Positions 8,975-17,050 of a stretch of DNA of 32,000 nt are shown piece after piece (the stretch's first letter is position 1; every line of letters starts with the position of its first letter). The position numbers and the translations under genes are program-made. Origin of the DNA: an uncultured Desulfobacterium sp. (GTDB taxonomy: Bacteria; Desulfobacterota; Desulfobacteria; Desulfobacterales; Desulfobacteraceae); NCBI GenBank assembly GCA_963676925.1, contig OY781473.1, forward strand, positions 1,218,397 to 1,250,396, read 5' to 3'. The notes below the pieces were generated by a model. It had not been told where the DNA came from and did not search any database. It was given only the letters and a program-made list of their open reading frames with translations.

Positions 8975-10642
8975 CTACCCATCTGTTTCCCCCACCCCCC
9001 GGAGGGTAATCCCAGCCAGACCCGAAAGAAAAAACGCGACCAGGGATGGTGAGACAGGATGATCAAACACCGTTCCATCGGCAGAGACCCCCTGGATACA
9101 GCCATGCTCAAGGAAATCCGCCACCAGAAGTTTACCCGCCGCCCTGCGGTTGGCGGGATCGACCCAAGATCTTCTTTTACCCGTTGATCCTGGGGCGGGC
9201 AGATCATCCTCGTCCTTGAGTGCTTTCATGAAATTGAGCAGCCGGGCAAGCCGGAGCAGGGTTGCCGCCTCAATCCGCGTGGTGGTATCGGAAATGGGAA
9301 AGGCCGTGGATCGCATCTGTTCAAAATTAGCGGGAAGAAGCCCCTTTTGCCTGCACACCATAAAATCATGGCTGCCCGGTGCCGGATAAAAAATGGAGAG
9401 TCCCACCAGGGTCCGCCTGGCCCCGAGGTAAACAAGGTCCCGTACCGACTGGCGGGGGTCCTGGCCCGGGGCTGCGGCAATCAGATAGGACACCGCCTCA
9501 AGGCCAAAAGTTTCGGCACTTTCAAGGCAAAAATCAAGGGCACGGCCCACGTCCGGCCGTTTGAAACGGGCCAGCTGCGCCTTACAGGTGGAGCCCAGGG
9601 AGAGGTTCAAGGTTCTGAACCCTGCCTGCTTCATGGCGGCGATCACCCCATGATCCAGGGATGGTGCATAGAGCCCGTTCATGGCCCGAAGTTCCAGGTC
9701 CCGGGAGCCGTACCGGGCCGAAATTCCCTCAAGGAGGGAGAGGAACCAGCCCCGGTCAAGGCTCAAATTCTCATCCTCAAAATCGACAAACCCGACATCC
9801 TGGCTCTCCATCTGGACCTCAAGTTCGGCCAGGACCGAGGCCACCGACCGACGGCGGAAGGGGGCATGGGCGGACGAGGCCCCAAGACAGCAGTAGGTGC
9901 AGTGCATGGGACACCCCCTTGCCGTGACAACGCTGATGCTGCCCCGTTTTTTCCGCCGGTAAAACGACTGATCCACCAGGTCGGTGGCAGGCAGGGGGGT
10001 ACGGTCAAGGTCGTCTATCCAGGCAGGCTCGTCAACATAAAGGGAGGCGTCTGACCGGCGGAAAACAATCCCCGGCACTCCCTCAAGGCCGGTATGGTCT
10101 TTGAGGGCCAGGGCAAGCTGGGCCATGGACACCTCCCCCTCCCCCCTGAGCACAAAATCCACGGCATCGCAGGCCATGGTCTCCCTTGGAAACACCGTGG
10201 GATGGTGACCGCCCATGACCACACGACAGTCCGGCCAGAACCGCTTGACAGCCCGGGCAGTTTCCATGGCTTCCCTGGAATAGGCCGTAAAGAGCGAGGA
10301 AATCCCCACAAGCAAGGGCTGCGCCGCCCTTGCCCGGGCACCGATATGCTCAAAGCTGTAGCCGTAGTGGCGATAGTGGTGGAAAAGAGCAAACGGCGAC
10401 AGGTCTTCACGGCCATAAAAGAGGCCGAGATCTCCCAGGGTGTCTGGCGTCTCGATGATACGGGATTTCTTAACGGCAAGGCCGTCCACGATGGACACGG
10501 AAAATCCGTTTTGAATCAGGACTGCGGCAATACAGGCAAGGCCGTAGGGAACGGTCCGCTTGGCCGTCAGATAAAACTCCTCCATGGGCGGCTGAACCAG
10601 GAGCACGTCACACAACCCGGCCTTACTGGAGCAAGAACTCAA
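8975..10642 (-). CDS. B12-binding-domain radical SAM protein
   Basis: An N-terminal B12-binding-like region (VLLVQPP, PYGLACIAAVL) is followed by the radical SAM cluster motif CPMHCTYCC. The start is uncertain: TTG 10642 (overlaps the upstream stop), TTG 10615 or GTG 10606. Confidence 0.85.
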   Translation of the reverse strand: MSSCSSKAGLCDVLLVQPPMEEFYLTAKRTVPYGLACIAAVLIQNGFSVSIVDGLAVKKSRIIETPDTLGDLGLFYGREDLSPFALFHHYRHYGYSFEHIGARARAAQPLLVGISSLFTAYSREAMETARAVKRFWPDCRVVMGGHHPTVFPRETMACDAVDFVLRGEGEVSMAQLALALKDHTGLEGVPGIVFRRSDASLYVDEPAWIDDLDRTPLPATDLVDQSFYRRKKRGSISVVTARGCPMHCTYCCLGASSAHAPFRRRSVASVLAELEVQMESQDVGFVDFEDENLSLDRGWFLSLLEGISARYGSRDLELRAMNGLYAPSLDHGVIAAMKQAGFRTLNLSLGSTCKAQLARFKRPDVGRALDFCLESAETFGLEAVSYLIAAAPGQDPRQSVRDLVYLGARRTLVGLSIFYPAPGSHDFMVCRQKGLLPANFEQMRSTAFPISDTTTRIEAATLLRLARLLNFMKALKDEDDLPAPGSTGKRRSWVDPANRRAAGKLLVADFLEHGCIQGVSADGTVFDHPVSPSLVAFFLSGLAGITLRGVGETDG

Positions 10643-11472
10643 TACCAGCGCCCCCGGATACGTTCAACCGTAGCAGCGTCGGCTGAAAAGGGAAGATCGG
10701 GCCGCCGGGGAAGGCCGATGGCATGGGTCCTGGCAAAGGGAGTCTGGCCCAGCTTCAGGTTGTAGGCCTTGACCATGAGGGTTTCAAGGTTAACCACATC
10801 CTCGATATTGTATGCCAGCAGGGTTTCCAGGGCCCGTCGATCTTTGTTGCGCATATAATCGTTCCAGAGCAGGATGGCAAAATAGCCGTCCACCCCGTCA
10901 AGGTCCCCACGGTCCAGGCCCAACTTGCGTTCACACCCCTTGAGGCCGCCACTGAACCCCAGACTCTTGAGAATATAGCGAAGATCGATGTGCACCTGGT
11001 CAAGGCGGATGCCGAACTCATGCTCGATAAAGGGCACGTCAAAACATTTGCCGTTGTAGGTGACAATGGCCTTATACTGGGCAATCTCTTCTGGAAAGCG
11101 GTCAAGGTTTTCACCCTTGACATAGTAACGGATGGCCGTGCCGTCGTACAGGGCGATGGTGGTGATGCTCTCATAGTCCGGTTCAAGGCCCGTGGTCTCA
11201 ATGTCCAGGTAGGCCATGGAATGCCGGAACTCGGGAAAGAAGCGCCAGTGAAAGGCCGGGGGCAGCCGTTCGGCAAAATAGGTGTAATTGCCCCGTTCCA
11301 TCTCCTGCCTGGACTGATCCACGTGGCGGGTCAGGGTCTCGAGCCGCCGGGGCGAAAGGTTCAGCCCGGTTGGATTGTTCAGCCGGTCCCAGTGGTCAAG
11401 CCCTGCGTCCCAGAGCTGCTGCTCGGTTTTGAGCCCGATGCCGGGAATGTGGTGAAAGGTGTTGTTGAGCAT
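10639..11472 (-). CDS. RNase H-fold (DEDDy-type, YprB/COG3359-like) 3'-5' exonuclease domain protein with an N-terminal helix-hairpin-helix
   Basis: The HhH-like segment is IPGIGLKTEQQLWDAG. Exo motifs are DIETTGL, YNGKCFDVPF and YNIEDVVNL. The ATG at 11472 has an AGGAGA SD; the upstream ATG at 11508 is less likely. Confidence 0.75.
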   Translation of the reverse strand: MLNNTFHHIPGIGLKTEQQLWDAGLDHWDRLNNPTGLNLSPRRLETLTRHVDQSRQEMERGNYTYFAERLPPAFHWRFFPEFRHSMAYLDIETTGLEPDYESITTIALYDGTAIRYYVKGENLDRFPEEIAQYKAIVTYNGKCFDVPFIEHEFGIRLDQVHIDLRYILKSLGFSGGLKGCERKLGLDRGDLDGVDGYFAILLWNDYMRNKDRRALETLLAYNIEDVVNLETLMVKAYNLKLGQTPFARTHAIGLPRRPDLPFSADAATVERIRGRWY

Positions 11473-11517
11473 GGTTCTCCTATAGGGGTGTGACTTGCCC
11501 CTCGTCATCCAGGGGGC

Positions 11518-12738
11518 TTAAAATTGCTTTAATAGGGCCAGGACCTGGTCAATGTCCGATTCGGTATGGGCCGCATTGATCTGGAAACGGATGGTCTCGT
11601 CGCCCTCTGGCACCACGGGAAAGGTGAGGCCCACCACCAGCACCCCGTTTTGAAAAAGCGTTTCAACCATCTCCCGGGTTCTGCGGGTCTCCCGCACCAT
11701 CAGGGGAACCACGGGGTGGGGACCGTCAATGGTTTCCATGCCCAGTTGGGAAAGGCCCGAACGGAACTGTTGGATTCTTTGTTCAAGGCCCGAGAGCAGC
11801 CCCAGCCCCTCGGCGCTGTCACAAATGTCCAGGGCCGCGGTTGCTGCGGCACAGTCGGCAACACTCAGGGGGTTGGTATAGATATAGGTGTCGGCCTTCT
11901 GCCGCACGGCTTCGACCAGGGTGGGGCTGCCGGCAATAAACCCGCCGTTCACGCCAAAGGCCTTGCCAAAGGTGCCGACAATGATGTCGGGCTGGCGGCC
12001 GCAGAATTCAGGGGTTCCCCGGCCGCTGCTGCCATAGGCCCCGATGCCGTGGGAGTCGTCCACCACGGTGATCACCCCGTCCCTGAATCGTTGGATATAG
12101 GGTTCGACAACGGCCTGGATGCGGTCAATGGGGGCATTGTCTCCCCGCATGCTGAAAATACCGTCAAACACCACCACCACCCTTTCCACACCCGGATCCA
12201 CCCGGTCAAGGCAGCGCCGGAGGTCGTCCATGTCATTGTGGCGGAAGATCCCCTTGTTGGCAGAGGGTACATTGGCGATGCGCATGGCCCGGATAATGCT
12301 GTTGTGGTTGAGCTGATCGCCAATCCAGTGGGTGGCGGGGGTTGAAAGGGTCAGGGCCAGGCCGCAGTTGGCCGTGTAGGCCGAATTGAAAATCTTTGCC
12401 CCGGGTTTGTCCACAAAGGCGGCCACCCGGGTTTCAAGGGTCCGGTGGTGGACAAAGGTGCCGTCGATGAAACGAACGGCACCCGGTCCCACGCCGAAAT
12501 CCCGTGTGGCCCGGTCTGCTGCCTCGATCAGTTTCGGGTGGTTTGAAAGGGAAAGATATGAGTTGGAGTTCATGCGGATGAACTGTTTGTCCATGCCTGC
12601 AAGGCAGTATCGGGGACCTTTATTGTCCAATGGGGGTAGATAGCGTGTGATCACCCGTTCTTCAGCCTTGGCCCGCCCCTGGGCCGCAAGATCGCCAATC
12701 TCGGCCCCAAGGGCCCTATCCAGTTTTTCAATCGACAT
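11518..12738 (-). CDS. PLP-dependent alpha-oxoamine synthase family protein (glycine C-acetyltransferase / 8-amino-7-oxononanoate synthase-like)
   Basis: It aligns by eye along its length with E. coli Kbl (NSNSYLSLSNHP, DDSHGIGAYG, and the PLP lysine in GTFGKAFG). An AAGGAGAA SD is present. Confidence 0.88.
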   Translation of the reverse strand: MSIEKLDRALGAEIGDLAAQGRAKAEERVITRYLPPLDNKGPRYCLAGMDKQFIRMNSNSYLSLSNHPKLIEAADRATRDFGVGPGAVRFIDGTFVHHRTLETRVAAFVDKPGAKIFNSAYTANCGLALTLSTPATHWIGDQLNHNSIIRAMRIANVPSANKGIFRHNDMDDLRRCLDRVDPGVERVVVVFDGIFSMRGDNAPIDRIQAVVEPYIQRFRDGVITVVDDSHGIGAYGSSGRGTPEFCGRQPDIIVGTFGKAFGVNGGFIAGSPTLVEAVRQKADTYIYTNPLSVADCAAATAALDICDSAEGLGLLSGLEQRIQQFRSGLSQLGMETIDGPHPVVPLMVRETRRTREMVETLFQNGVLVVGLTFPVVPEGDETIRFQINAAHTESDIDQVLALLKQF

Positions 12739-12753
12739 GGTCTTCTCCTTGGT

Positions 12754-13227
12754 TCAAGGGGTCCATCCCCGGTCCTGGCATTTTTTCACATAATTCTCCT
12801 TGACCTCCCGGATAAACGTCTCCATGGCCGTCCGGCACTGCTCCTGGGTGGACCCAGAATCCAGGAGAACCGTATCATACTCGTTTTTGGCCGACAGGTC
12901 ATCAATGATCTCAAGTTCGATGCTCGTCTTGTCTGGAACGGGCATCTGCTTGTCCGCAAGCTCGCACCCGACAATGTGGGCCTGCCTTGCCACGGCAGAT
13001 CGTGCCGTGCCGGCCTGACCCTTGTCCATCAAAGCCTGGAGCAGCATTTCATACCGGTCAATGGGGTTCCGCTGGCTTCCAGAGGTTGCCGGATCGGCAG
13101 ACCAGCGCTCGATCTGGCGTTCTCCCCTCTGGAACAGGGCGGTCAGGGTTGACTTGCCAAGATAGTGGATGCAGGCGGAAAAAAACTCCCAGGTCTGCCC
13201 TGGAAGGGTTGTCGGTTCTCGGTCCAT
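12754..13227 (-). CDS. Hypothetical protein (about 157 aa) with a possible CII/Cro-like helix-turn-helix
   Basis: The start is taken at ATG 13227 to avoid overlapping dusB. The segment KSTLTALFQRGERQIERWSAD resembles HTH regions of phage CII-type regulators; this is a weak recognition. Confidence 0.5.
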   Translation of the reverse strand: MDREPTTLPGQTWEFFSACIHYLGKSTLTALFQRGERQIERWSADPATSGSQRNPIDRYEMLLQALMDKGQAGTARSAVARQAHIVGCELADKQMPVPDKTSIELEIIDDLSAKNEYDTVLLDSGSTQEQCRTAMETFIREVKENYVKKCQDRGWTP

Positions 13228-13246
13228 TACGCCCTCGCTTTTAAAG

Positions 13247-14239
13247 TCAAACCAGGATTTCTCCCTGGACGGCATCCTGAAGATCTGCCGCAAATCCACG
13301 GATCAGCCCCAGGGCCTGGTCCAGGGTCTCAATACCGGTAAGCTCCCGTCTGAAAACCGAAGCACCGGCAAACCCCTTGACAAACCAGGCAAGCCGGCTT
13401 CGCATCATCCTGCAGGCCGGTCTTTCACCAAGAAAGGCCGCATGGGAAACCACCATCTCTTCCATGATTTGAAAGATCTCCCCAGGGGTGGGTTCACGCC
13501 GGGCCTCGCCCCTGAGAAGGGCCTCAATGCCGCCAAAGATAAAGGGATTGCCCATGGCGGCCCGGCCGACCATGACGGCGTCGCAACCGGTCTCGTGGAT
13601 CATGGCAACCCCCTGTTCAGGGGTGGTGACGTCCCCGTTTCCGATCACGGGAATGGAGAGCATCTCCTTTAACCGTGCGATCACCGACCAGTCTGCCCTG
13701 CCCCTGAACCCCTGGGCTGCAGTCCTGGGATGGACGGCTATGGCATCCACCCCGTTATCCTCTGCCATGCGGGCAATGTCAAAGGCCTGGGAGGCCGAAC
13801 TGTCCCAACCCGAACGGATCTTGATGGTAAAGGGAATGGACACGGCCCTGCGCACGGCCCGGATAATGGCCCGGGCATTGTCCATGTCCTTCATCAGGGC
13901 CACACCGGCCCCGGTCCTGGCCACCTTTTTAACGCTGCATCCGAAATTGATGTCAATGATATCAGCCCCGTTTCTCTCCTCGATCCAGCGGGCCGCACTG
14001 GCCATGGACCGGGCATCGGCACCAAAAATCTGAACAGACACGGGCCGTTCACTCGGGTCGGTCCGGAGCAGCTGAACCGTCTTTTCCGAATTAAATTCAA
14101 GTCCTTTGGCACTGACCATTTCAGAACAGACCAGGGCACAGCCGCAGTTTTTTGCAATGATCCTGAAGGGAAGGTTGGTAATACCGGCAAGGGGGGCAAG
14201 AACAGTTCTGCCCCCGATATCAAGATCGCCTATTTTCAT
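13247..14239 (-). CDS. dusB: tRNA-dihydrouridine synthase (DusB-like)
   Basis: The N-terminus LAPLAGITNLPFR, the TIM-barrel FMN motifs (DINFGC, IKIRSGW, VHPRT) and 330-aa length fit the Dus family. Confidence 0.9.
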   Translation of the reverse strand: MKIGDLDIGGRTVLAPLAGITNLPFRIIAKNCGCALVCSEMVSAKGLEFNSEKTVQLLRTDPSERPVSVQIFGADARSMASAARWIEERNGADIIDINFGCSVKKVARTGAGVALMKDMDNARAIIRAVRRAVSIPFTIKIRSGWDSSASQAFDIARMAEDNGVDAIAVHPRTAAQGFRGRADWSVIARLKEMLSIPVIGNGDVTTPEQGVAMIHETGCDAVMVGRAAMGNPFIFGGIEALLRGEARREPTPGEIFQIMEEMVVSHAAFLGERPACRMMRSRLAWFVKGFAGASVFRRELTGIETLDQALGLIRGFAADLQDAVQGEILV

Positions 14240-14290
14240 GGGATAATTTCCTTTACAAAGACCTGTCCATGGCAGGCGGTTTTCCCGGAC

Positions 14291-14668
14291 TCAGGACTTT
14301 GAGCTGTTTTTATTTCTGGCACGCACATCGGCAAGGGAGATCACCTTTCCATGGCTCTCCTGGGAGGACGGTCCGGACTGGTCCGGGCCGGGGGTCTTGG
14401 AATCTGAATCCACGGCAGGTGCCGGTGCCGTCTCCTCCGGGGCCTCGACCACTTCAATCTTCATGCGTTTTCCGCCCATGAAAAAATCGTCACCGTTGAT
14501 GTAAAGATCCTTCAACGTCCAGGTCACGGTCTGGAGGGGGATCTGGAGCATGAGCAGGGTGATATGGTACCAGTCCTTTTTCACGTCCGGCTCGATGGAT
14601 TCAACCCTGGCAAACGAAACCGGGGTATCCTCCAGATAAATCAAAACAACATCATTTTCCCTGGCCAT
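14291..14668 (-). CDS. Hypothetical protein, 125 aa, with a folded N-terminal part and a Pro/Ser-rich tail
   Basis: Clean ORF at the head of the minus-strand gene run. I recognise no family. Confidence 0.6.
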   Translation of the reverse strand: MARENDVVLIYLEDTPVSFARVESIEPDVKKDWYHITLLMLQIPLQTVTWTLKDLYINGDDFFMGGKRMKIEVVEAPEETAPAPAVDSDSKTPGPDQSGPSSQESHGKVISLADVRARNKNSSKS

Positions 14669-14861
14669 ATTTTTTCCTTTTTCTAAGATTCAGGCACTGT
14701 TTCCACCTGCCCGTTATAGCACATTATCCACTGCCCATAAAGGGAAAGGTGACACCCCCCTCCCTGGGAAGTGCCCTGGAAGGCGCTGGACAACCCGTGC
14801 CCAAAATCCTGAATTCCAGTGTTGCCCGGGAAAGAACCGACCTGCGGTTCAGGGTTTGGAC

Positions 14862-14891
14862 TTGACAGGGGGGCACCTGTCCGGCTAATAG
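14862..14891 (+). promoter_or_regulatory. Candidate sigma-70 promoter for the HAD-hgcAB operon: TTGACA, 18-nt spacer, TAATAG
   Basis: The hexamers are at 14862-14867 and 14886-14891, about 60 nt upstream of the HAD start. This is a motif match only. Confidence 0.35.
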
Positions 14892-14951
14892 GGGTCAGAA
14901 GGGTTCCACAGGGTACCCCCTCGACTTTTCAACCTGTTGGGAAAAAAAATT

Positions 14952-15614
14952 ATGGATAAAATCAGCATCCTGTTTGATCTGGATGGAACACTCACAGACC
15001 CCCTGCAGGGCATCTCAAGATCTATCTGCCATGCCATGGAAGCCCTGGGCCGGCCGTTACCCCCCCAGGCGGATTTGCGGTGGTGCATTGGACCGCCCCT
15101 AAAAAAAAGCTTTGCCATCCTGCTTGAATCCGATGATGACAGCCTTGCCGAAAAGGCCCTGGCAATCTACCGGGAGCGGTTCGGCTCGGTCGGTCTGTTT
15201 GAGAACAGGGTCTATGCAGGAATTCCCCAGGCACTGAAAAGGCTCCAGGACGATTGCCACCCGCTCTATGTGGCCACATCAAAGCCCCGGGTCTACGCCC
15301 AGCGGATTGTCGACCATTTTAACCTGGGCCAGTATTTCAACCAGATCCACGGCAGTGAACTGGATGGCACCCGAACCGATAAAACCAGTTTGATCGCCCA
15401 CGTTCTGAACCGTGAGTCCCTTGATCCGTCCAGGACAGCCATGGTCGGGGACCGCAGGCACGACATGATCGGTGCAGCAGCCAACAGGGTGTGCGGGATT
15501 GGCGTTCTCTGGGGATTTGGAACAAAAAAGGAACTGACGGATTCAGGGGCATCGGCCTGTATTCAAAGCCCTCCAGGGCTGATCACAACATTCAACACAG
15601 AAGGAACCCCATGA
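14952..15614 (+). CDS. HAD-IA family hydrolase (phosphoglycolate-phosphatase-like)
   Basis: HAD motif I (FDLDGTLTD), motif II (ATSK) and motif IV (GDRRHD) are present. The start is taken at ATG 14952; the ORF track begins at TTG 14937. Its TGA stop overlaps the ATG at 15611 (ATGA). Confidence 0.85.
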   Translation: MDKISILFDLDGTLTDPLQGISRSICHAMEALGRPLPPQADLRWCIGPPLKKSFAILLESDDDSLAEKALAIYRERFGSVGLFENRVYAGIPQALKRLQDDCHPLYVATSKPRVYAQRIVDHFNLGQYFNQIHGSELDGTRTDKTSLIAHVLNRESLDPSRTAMVGDRRHDMIGAAANRVCGIGVLWGFGTKKELTDSGASACIQSPPGLITTFNTEGTP

Positions 15615-15652
15615 ACGATAAAATTGATAACGGGACCTGCTGAGGCCCTCCG

Positions 15653-15677
15653 CCTGCTCCCCCGTCTGGGGATCATG
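15653..15677 (+). other. SECIS-like hairpin downstream of the in-frame TGA at 15641-15643
   Basis: A GC-rich core stem pairs 15658-15662 with 15668-15672 around the loop CGUCU. Extra pairs are 15653/15677, 15655/15675 and 15656/15674. The loop begins 22 nt from the U of UGA and contains GU. Confidence 0.35.
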
Positions 15678-15745
15678 AACGACCAGGTTACCGGATCCTC
15701 CCATTTGTCGACCGGTTTGTCAAAACAGAGGCCGGAGGGGTTCCC

Positions 15746-16720
15746 GTGGTAAAAACGACCCTGGAAATTGGCGACAGGCTGGGCACGGTGCGGGCCCGCC
15801 TGGGAATCTTGAGGGATGAATACAAAGTTGTGCCGGGAATCTACGGGGTCGGCAGCCCGGACAGACACTCCCCGGTTCTGGTAACTGCAAATTACAAGCT
15901 CTCGTTTGACTGCCTGAGAAGGCATCTCCAGGGGCTGGACGCATGGATTCTGGTTCTGGACACCCGGGGGATCAATGTATGGTGTGCCGCAGGCAAGGGG
16001 ACCTTTGCAACGGATGAGCTTGTCAAACGGATCCGGTCCTCACATATTGCCAGACTTGTGGATCATCGAAGCGTGATTGTCCCCCAGCTCGGGGCAACGG
16101 GGGTTTCAGCCCTCAGGGTCAGACGATTGTCCGGATTCAAGGTCATATGGGGACCCATCCGGGCCGAAGATATCAAGGCGTTCCTTGCAGCCGGCCATGG
16201 GGCATCACAGGAGATGAGGGAGGTCACCTTTCCGTTACGGGAGCGCATGGTCCTGATACCCGTGGAAATCCGCCTTCTCATAAAATATCTGGCGTGGCTG
16301 ATCCCGGTCGTGTTTCTGGTTTCAGGCATCGGGCCTGCCGTCTTCTCGTTCCAGGCGGCCTGGTCCCGGGGCATTCTGCTGCTCTTCTCCGTGCTGGCCG
16401 GGATCGTTGCGGGAACGGTGGTGACCCCCATTCTTCTGCTGCGGCTTCCCGGGGTCTTTTTTTCCATAAAAGGTGCCATTGCCGGAGTGGCTGCGGGAAT
16501 TGTGTCGGCATCGGCAATGCCTTCCGGTGTGGGAGTTTCAGGCCTCCTCGCCCTGGTTCTCATCACCACATCCCTGGGGTCCTATCTTGCCATGAACTTT
16601 ACAGGATCAACCCCCTTTACCTCACCCTCGGGGGTGGAACATGAGATGAAGCGGTCCCTGCCCTGGCAGATTTCATCCGTGGCCGCAGGAACCCTCCTCT
16701 GGCTGATTTCGGCATTTTAA
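15746..16720 (+). CDS. hgcA: Mercury methylation corrinoid protein HgcA. This is the minimal ORF from GTG 15746; the coding region probably extends upstream to ATG 15611 through TGA 15641 (see findings)
   Basis: The diagnostic cap-helix motif NVWCAAGKG lies at 15974-16000. The corrinoid-binding-domain context (SPVLVTANYKLSFD, LVLDTRGI) is followed by about 4-5 C-terminal TM helices, and hgcB follows directly. Confidence 0.9.
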   Translation: MVKTTLEIGDRLGTVRARLGILRDEYKVVPGIYGVGSPDRHSPVLVTANYKLSFDCLRRHLQGLDAWILVLDTRGINVWCAAGKGTFATDELVKRIRSSHIARLVDHRSVIVPQLGATGVSALRVRRLSGFKVIWGPIRAEDIKAFLAAGHGASQEMREVTFPLRERMVLIPVEIRLLIKYLAWLIPVVFLVSGIGPAVFSFQAAWSRGILLLFSVLAGIVAGTVVTPILLLRLPGVFFSIKGAIAGVAAGIVSASAMPSGVGVSGLLALVLITTSLGSYLAMNFTGSTPFTSPSGVEHEMKRSLPWQISSVAAGTLLWLISAF

Positions 16721-16736
16721 GGACAAGGAGAAGCCC

Positions 16737-17018
16737 ATGGAACATTTTCACTATATCAAGGACGTTTCAACCATCGCCCTTGACCGACTCAAATGCATCG
16801 GGTGCGGCATGTGCCGGACGGTCTGTCCCCATGGGGTGTTTGTCCTGGCGGACAAAAAAGCCGAATTTGCCATGAAGGACGCCTGCATCGAATGCGGAGC
16901 CTGCGCCAACAACTGCCCCGTGGACGCCATCTCAGTAAACCCGGGCACAGGGTGCGCCGCCCTGATCATGGAAAGGTGGTTCAAGGGACGGATCCGTCCC
17001 GGCAACAGCTGCTGCTGA
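16737..17018 (+). CDS. hgcB: Mercury methylation ferredoxin HgcB (2x[4Fe-4S])
   Basis: It has two CX2CX2CX3CP motifs (CIGCGMCRTVCP, CIECGACANNCP), the conserved Cys in PGTGCAA and the C-terminal CC pair. An AAGGAGAA SD lies 16 nt after the hgcA stop. Confidence 0.9.
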   Translation: MEHFHYIKDVSTIALDRLKCIGCGMCRTVCPHGVFVLADKKAEFAMKDACIECGACANNCPVDAISVNPGTGCAALIMERWFKGRIRPGNSCC

Positions 17019-17050
17019 AAAATGACCCGATCAAACAAAAAAGGAACCCC

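Noticed and set aside
14787-14801. Sigma-54-like TGGACAACCCGTGCC upstream of the HAD-hgc operon.
   Set aside because: The GG-to-GC spacing is one nucleotide short of the obligatory -24/-12 spacing.
15746-15748. GTG 15746, with GGAGG 7 nt upstream, as the true hgcA start.
   Set aside because: This is not fully rejected and is kept as the conservative feature call. I consider it less likely because the upstream 34 codons in the same frame look like conserved HgcA N-terminal sequence, and the GGAGG is itself part of the codons for A-G-G.
15675-15752. ATG 15675 opening a 25-codon ORF (MNDQVTGSSHLSTGLSKQRPEGFPW), which could imply a frameshifted hgcA start.
   Set aside because: It is in a different frame from hgcA and would need an undetected indel. 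Its SD is weak. It is retained only as an alternative explanation inside the Sec finding.
16793-17050. Upstream extension of the ATP-grasp ORF (404-aa version).
   Set aside because: It overlaps hgcB in another frame with an implausible translation. ATG 17051 has a strong SD and gives a typical ATP-grasp N-terminus.
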